Source of the DNA: Verrucomicrobiota bacterium
Lineage (GTDB): Bacteria > Verrucomicrobiota > Verrucomicrobiia > Limisphaerales > SXQI01
Assembly (NCBI GenBank): GCA_033762115.1
Contig: JANRLX010000022.1
Coordinates: 1-64,000 of the forward strand
Length of the DNA: 64,000 bases
Reading direction: 5' to 3'
A program made the position numbers and the translations under genes. Below are positions 60,047 through 64,000 of this stretch, one piece after another; positions within the stretch are counted from its first letter, which is position 1; each line of letters begins with the position of its first letter. The notes under the pieces are model-generated. The model was not told the origin of the DNA. It saw only the letters and a list, made by a program, of their open reading frames with translations, and searched no databases.

Positions 60047-60556
60047 TCAGGCAGCGCGCTTTTGGTTAGCCAGCGCAGGTTCCTTCGCCACCTTATTTTG
60101 CAATCGAATCAATGCATCCAGCAATGCCTCTGGTCTGGGTGGGCAACCAGCCACATAAACATCCACAGGAATGATATTGTCCACTCCCTGCAAAACGGCG
60201 TAACTTCGATACATCCCTCCAGTTGAAGCACAGGCCCCCATCGCAATCACCCATTTAGGCTCTGGCATCTGCTGATAAATCCGTCGCACAGCCAGCGCCA
60301 TTTTATAAGTGACAGTCCCGGCCACAATCATGAGATCCGATTGGCGGGGGGAAAAGCGCATCACTTCAGAGCCGAAGCGGGCGATGTCATAACGACTTGC
60401 TCCCGCAGCCATTAGCTCAATGGCACAACAGGCCAGGCCCATCGGCATTGGCCATAATGAGTTTTTGCGGAACCAATTAATGACAGCGTCGGCCCGGGTG
60501 ACAATAACGTCTCCCTCGACCTTGGAATTGTAGCCGACTTCAGTGGTCTTCTGCAT
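60047..60556 (-). CDS. nuoB: NADH-quinone oxidoreductase subunit B
   Basis: [32 protein letters not shown]; start set at ATG 60556. Confidence 0.97.
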   Translation of the reverse strand: MQKTTEVGYNSKVEGDVIVTRADAVINWFRKNSLWPMPMGLACCAIELMAAGASRYDIARFGSEVMRFSPRQSDLMIVAGTVTYKMALAVRRIYQQMPEPKWVIAMGACASTGGMYRSYAVLQGVDNIIPVDVYVAGCPPRPEALLDALIRLQNKVAKEPALANQKRAA

Positions 60557-60624
60557 AGGACAGGAGCCGAAAGGCTCACGGTAGGTGCAACTTAAACCGC
60601 GGACCGATTTGGACGCAAGTTCAT

Positions 60625-60642
60625 TTGTGAATTTTTTCACAA
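60625..60642. promoter_or_regulatory. Rex-type operator (also fits CRP-type TGTGA-N6-TCACA) upstream of nuoB
   Basis: TTGTGAA-TTTT-TTCACAA, just upstream of a minus-strand TTGCGT-N18-TAAGTT promoter candidate (60589-60618). Confidence 0.75.
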
Positions 60643-60746
60643 GCGAACTGCATTCCATGAGCATTTCCCCGCGAAAAATGAACGGAAAGGTAAAATTCAG
60701 GTTCTCACCGATAACTCTTTTTCCAATCCCCTCCTAACTTGCCCAC

Positions 60747-60992
60747 ATGAAAGATTCAGTAGACCCAATCGAAGGTGTGGCTGGCAAAATCCAGGAAGGG
60801 ATCGAGCAACAACGCTGGACGTGGAATGAAATCAGGGAGGAACTCACCTCACGAACCCGGGAGGCGGCCATCGCCACAGATTCGTATGTGCATGAAAAAC
60901 CATGGAAAGCCATTGGGATCGCCGCCATGCTTGGCTTCATTGCAGGCATGATCCTGGCGCCTCGTGGCAATGATGAAGCTTTCCCGGATTGA
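60747..60992 (+). CDS. ElaB/YqjD (DUF883)-family tail-anchored protein
   Basis: TDSYVHEKPWKAIGIAAMLGFIAGMIL. Confidence 0.88.
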   Translation: MKDSVDPIEGVAGKIQEGIEQQRWTWNEIREELTSRTREAAIATDSYVHEKPWKAIGIAAMLGFIAGMILAPRGNDEAFPD

Positions 60993-61037
60993 TCCTGCAC
61001 TTTCCTGGCCTGACACGGTCCAGTAACCTTTTAATCT

Positions 61038-62882
61038 ATGACTTGGGAAATCGGGGTGTTGCTCGGGATCGTCTTTCTTTGTTTGCTCTTTTTTTCATTT
61101 GAATGGGTGCCGACCGATGTCGTGGCCCTGAGCGTTGTTATTGCCCTGGTTCTTACAGGGTTGTTACCTGCGAACAAGGCCTTTTCCGGATTTGGCAGTG
61201 ACACAGTTATTACGATTCTTGGATTGTTGATCCTGACATCGGCACTTTTACGAACCGGCGTGATGGATATCGCCGGGCGAAAAATCATCGGACTCACCGG
61301 CACTGATCCCAACAAACTACTCGCGATCATTATGGTCGCCGCTGCAGGCCTGAGCGCTTTCATGAGCAATACTGCCTGTGCCGCTTTTTTTGTTCCGGTG
61401 GTTATCGGCCTTGCCAATCGTGCCAAAGTGAGCCCCTCAAAATTGCTGCTGCCACTGGCTTTTTCATCCATTTTGTCCAGTTCAGTCACGCTCATCAGCA
61501 CCTCGACAAACATCGTCGTCAGCGGATTGCTTCAGCAATACAAAATGGCCCCCATGGGCATGTTCGAACTGGCTCCTGTTGGAATCCCAATCACAATCGC
61601 TGGTTTGCTTTACATGTATTTCATTGGCCGAAGGATCATTCCGGACCGTGCACCGCCCGGTGATTTGATCGAAGAATTTGGTATGCGCCCCTACCTCACT
61701 GAGCTGGTAATTCTTCCCGACTCACCCCTTGTAGGAAAAACCCTGGCTGAAGCAGCTCTTGGGCGCGATATGGATTTGACCGTCCTCAGCGTCATCCGAC
61801 AAAAGGACCGGCATCACGCCCCTCGCGGCGATCTCGTTCTTGCCGCCGGGGATTTGCTCCTCGTCGAGGGAAAAAGGGATGAAATTTTAAAGATCAAGGA
61901 AACAGCAGGCATTGAGATCAAGGCCGACATTAAACTGTCTGATCCAAATACCAAGGCAGAGGATTTGGGTATGGTGGAAGCAATCCTTCTCCCGAAATCA
62001 CCTTTGATCGGCCGCACCCTGAAAGGGTTCCGCTTTCGCGAACGTTTCAAGCTGCAAGTGCTTGGGATTAATCGTCATGGAGAAAACTTTCGTCGGAAAA
62101 TTTCGGTGGTTCCCCTTCGAATGGGAGACACCTTGCTGCTTCAAGGAGCGAAAGCCAATATCGCCACTCTTCAGGAGGGAAACCTCGTTCGCATATTAAA
62201 TCAGGTCGGCGAAGACCGCCCACATACCAGCCGCAGCCGTCGTGCAATTTTCATTTTTGCAGCTGCGCTGGCTCTTGGGACTTTCAAAATTGTTTCCTTT
62301 CCCATCGCTGTCCTGCTCGGATCAGTGGCGGTCTTTGTTTCAAATTGCATCACTCCGGAAGAGGCATACAGGGAAATTGAGTGGAAAGTCATTATACTGA
62401 TCGGCAGCATGCTTGCTCTTGGTGTTGCCATGGAGGAAACCGGGACGGCCTCTTATCTTGCCAACTTGATCGTCAAGTTCGGCGCTTCCTTTGGGCCGAC
62501 CGTCCTCCTCGCCTCCTTTTTCGTCCTGACGATTCTATTGACGCAGCCGATGTCCAATCAGGCTGCCGCTGTCGTGATATTGCCCGTTGCGATCCAAACC
62601 GCCCTGCAGCTCGACCTGAATCCACGCACTTTTACAATGATGGTGGCAGTCGCGGCCAGCTGCTCCTACCTGACCCCTCTTGAACCAGCCTGCCTGATGA
62701 TTTACGGGCCGGGACGATATAAGTTTTTTGATTTTATCAAGGTCGGGTCGATTCTCACGCTCCTGATTTTTATCATTTCAGTCCTGCTGGTTCCGAAAGT
62801 TTGGCCATTAAGCGAAAAAGCCGGCCCGGAAATGATCAATGCGGTCAAGGCCCGTCAGGAAAGCAGTAACAAAAATGAGTAA
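61038..62882 (+). CDS. SLC13/DASS-family permease with TrkA-C domains
   Basis: SAFMSNT, STSTN, two SPL.G.TL RCK_C repeats, TQPMSNQAAA, YGPGRYKFFDF. Confidence 0.9.
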   Translation: MTWEIGVLLGIVFLCLLFFSFEWVPTDVVALSVVIALVLTGLLPANKAFSGFGSDTVITILGLLILTSALLRTGVMDIAGRKIIGLTGTDPNKLLAIIMVAAAGLSAFMSNTACAAFFVPVVIGLANRAKVSPSKLLLPLAFSSILSSSVTLISTSTNIVVSGLLQQYKMAPMGMFELAPVGIPITIAGLLYMYFIGRRIIPDRAPPGDLIEEFGMRPYLTELVILPDSPLVGKTLAEAALGRDMDLTVLSVIRQKDRHHAPRGDLVLAAGDLLLVEGKRDEILKIKETAGIEIKADIKLSDPNTKAEDLGMVEAILLPKSPLIGRTLKGFRFRERFKLQVLGINRHGENFRRKISVVPLRMGDTLLLQGAKANIATLQEGNLVRILNQVGEDRPHTSRSRRAIFIFAAALALGTFKIVSFPIAVLLGSVAVFVSNCITPEEAYREIEWKVIILIGSMLALGVAMEETGTASYLANLIVKFGASFGPTVLLASFFVLTILLTQPMSNQAAAVVILPVAIQTALQLDLNPRTFTMMVAVAASCSYLTPLEPACLMIYGPGRYKFFDFIKVGSILTLLIFIISVLLVPKVWPLSEKAGPEMINAVKARQESSNKNE

Positions 62883-62899
62883 CTGCCTCTGCGCTGGAT

Positions 62900-63910
62900 T
62901 TATTCATTTGCCAGCACGATCCGGTACCGCGCTTTCCCCGCATGAAGATGTTCGAAGGCGTGGTTGACCTCGGACATCGGAAAAGTTTCCACCACCGCAT
63001 TGATTTGATGCCGCACACAAAAATCCAGCATCCGCGCCGTGGTGACAGGACTTCCCAAAGGAGATCCTGAAACAGAAATCTGGGACATCAACATCGGGAA
63101 TAAAATCAACGATACCGGCTCCGGAACAGCGCCGACAAAATGCAAACGTCCTTTGGGTGCCAATGTGCTGATGAATCCCATCCAATCAAGCGGGACGTTC
63201 GCAGTCACAATGATGAAGTTAAAAGCCCCTTTCCATTTCTTGAAATCAGCATCCGTGGAAGTCGCCACATGATGAGCGCCTAGTTTCCGGGCCTCTTCAT
63301 GCTTGCTCGCACTGCTTGTAAAAGCCACCACCTCACAGCCCCAATGCTTCAAAAATTGCAGCGCATAATGTCCCAGGCCGCCAATCCCGACCACCCCCAC
63401 CCGGTCCAATGGTTTCACATCAAACTGGACGAGTGGATTGAACACGGTGATGCCTCCACAAAAAAGAGGCCCGGCTTTCGCCACATCAAGACCTTCAGGC
63501 AATGGGAGTGCCCATTCTGATTTGCAACGAACCAGGTCGGCATAACCGCCATGTCGCCCCACAATGGTCTGTTCAGAGGTAGGACACAGGTTATGGTTTC
63601 CGGACATGCAGCTCTGGCAAATCATACAGCTTCCCGCAAACCAACCCATACCAACAGTTTGTCCCGGCTTGAGATGGGAGACATTGCTGCCGACAGCCTT
63701 GATTTTTCCTACGACTTCATGACCCGGCACGAAAGGGTACTGAGTGAAACCCCAATCGTTATTCCGCATGGAAAGATCGGAATGGCACATTCCACAATGT
63801 GACACCGCGATATCGACGTAATCCGGCCCGAGATCTGGAAGTTCAAACTCATACGGTTTTAAATCAGCGCCTGCTGAATGTGCGGCATACGCATGAACGG
63901 CAACTCCCAT
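62900..63910 (-). CDS. Zn-dependent NAD(P)H aldehyde reductase/alcohol dehydrogenase (Ahr/YjgB-like)
   Basis: CHSD, GHEVVG, CxxCxxCx7C, CGGITVFNP, GIGGLGH, GKARYRIVL. Confidence 0.93.
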   Translation of the reverse strand: MGVAVHAYAAHSAGADLKPYEFELPDLGPDYVDIAVSHCGMCHSDLSMRNNDWGFTQYPFVPGHEVVGKIKAVGSNVSHLKPGQTVGMGWFAGSCMICQSCMSGNHNLCPTSEQTIVGRHGGYADLVRCKSEWALPLPEGLDVAKAGPLFCGGITVFNPLVQFDVKPLDRVGVVGIGGLGHYALQFLKHWGCEVVAFTSSASKHEEARKLGAHHVATSTDADFKKWKGAFNFIIVTANVPLDWMGFISTLAPKGRLHFVGAVPEPVSLILFPMLMSQISVSGSPLGSPVTTARMLDFCVRHQINAVVETFPMSEVNHAFEHLHAGKARYRIVLANE

Positions 63911-64000
63911 AGGATCCCTTTATTATCGAATTTTGTTAATTTGTTTTGGTAGCAACAGTGCTGTCGGTTTTCACCTGCGCCAACAGCCCTGTATAATCAG

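Noticed and set aside
60564..60577. GAGCC-GAAA-GGCTC hairpin as a terminator or riboswitch
   Set aside because: Only a 5-bp stem with no U-tract; at most a small 5' UTR hairpin of nuoB

Overview
A gene-dense, mostly housekeeping bacterial chromosome segment, most consistent with Verrucomicrobiota (PVC superphylum). Evidence: an H-X9-DG prepilin-like protein, DUF1080/DUF1552/BatA/PQQ-propeller proteins, and the lptB-hprK-ptsH order. Contents: partial glgA, serS, pyrD, a dksA-like/rpmG/rpsR cluster, sppA, an HpnN-like MMPL transporter, hprK/ptsH/lptB, a UvrD helicase divergent from a primase-polymerase + LigC pair, an M16 protease, mnmE, trmB, pyk and a nuoB-N operon. No transposase, integrase, prophage, CRISPR array or rRNA is visible, and I cannot point to a clear-cut new multi-gene system. 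The most notable signals are: (1) a tRNA-Gln(CTG) gene with its own promoter, antisense inside the nuo operon; (2) a perfect Rex/CRP-type operator upstream of nuoB, with nuoA missing; (3) a strong G/C skew inversion at about 7-10.5 kb that ignores gene orientation and fades after about 35 kb; (4) at least six apparently leaderless genes; (5) a three-gene cluster that has lost its zinc ligands; (6) two perfect 20-bp palindromes; (7) an uncharacterised aromatic-Pro-repeat protein paired with the MMPL transporter; (8) an L-to-P change in a conserved NuoL motif. All family calls come from motif recognition by eye, not from database searches.
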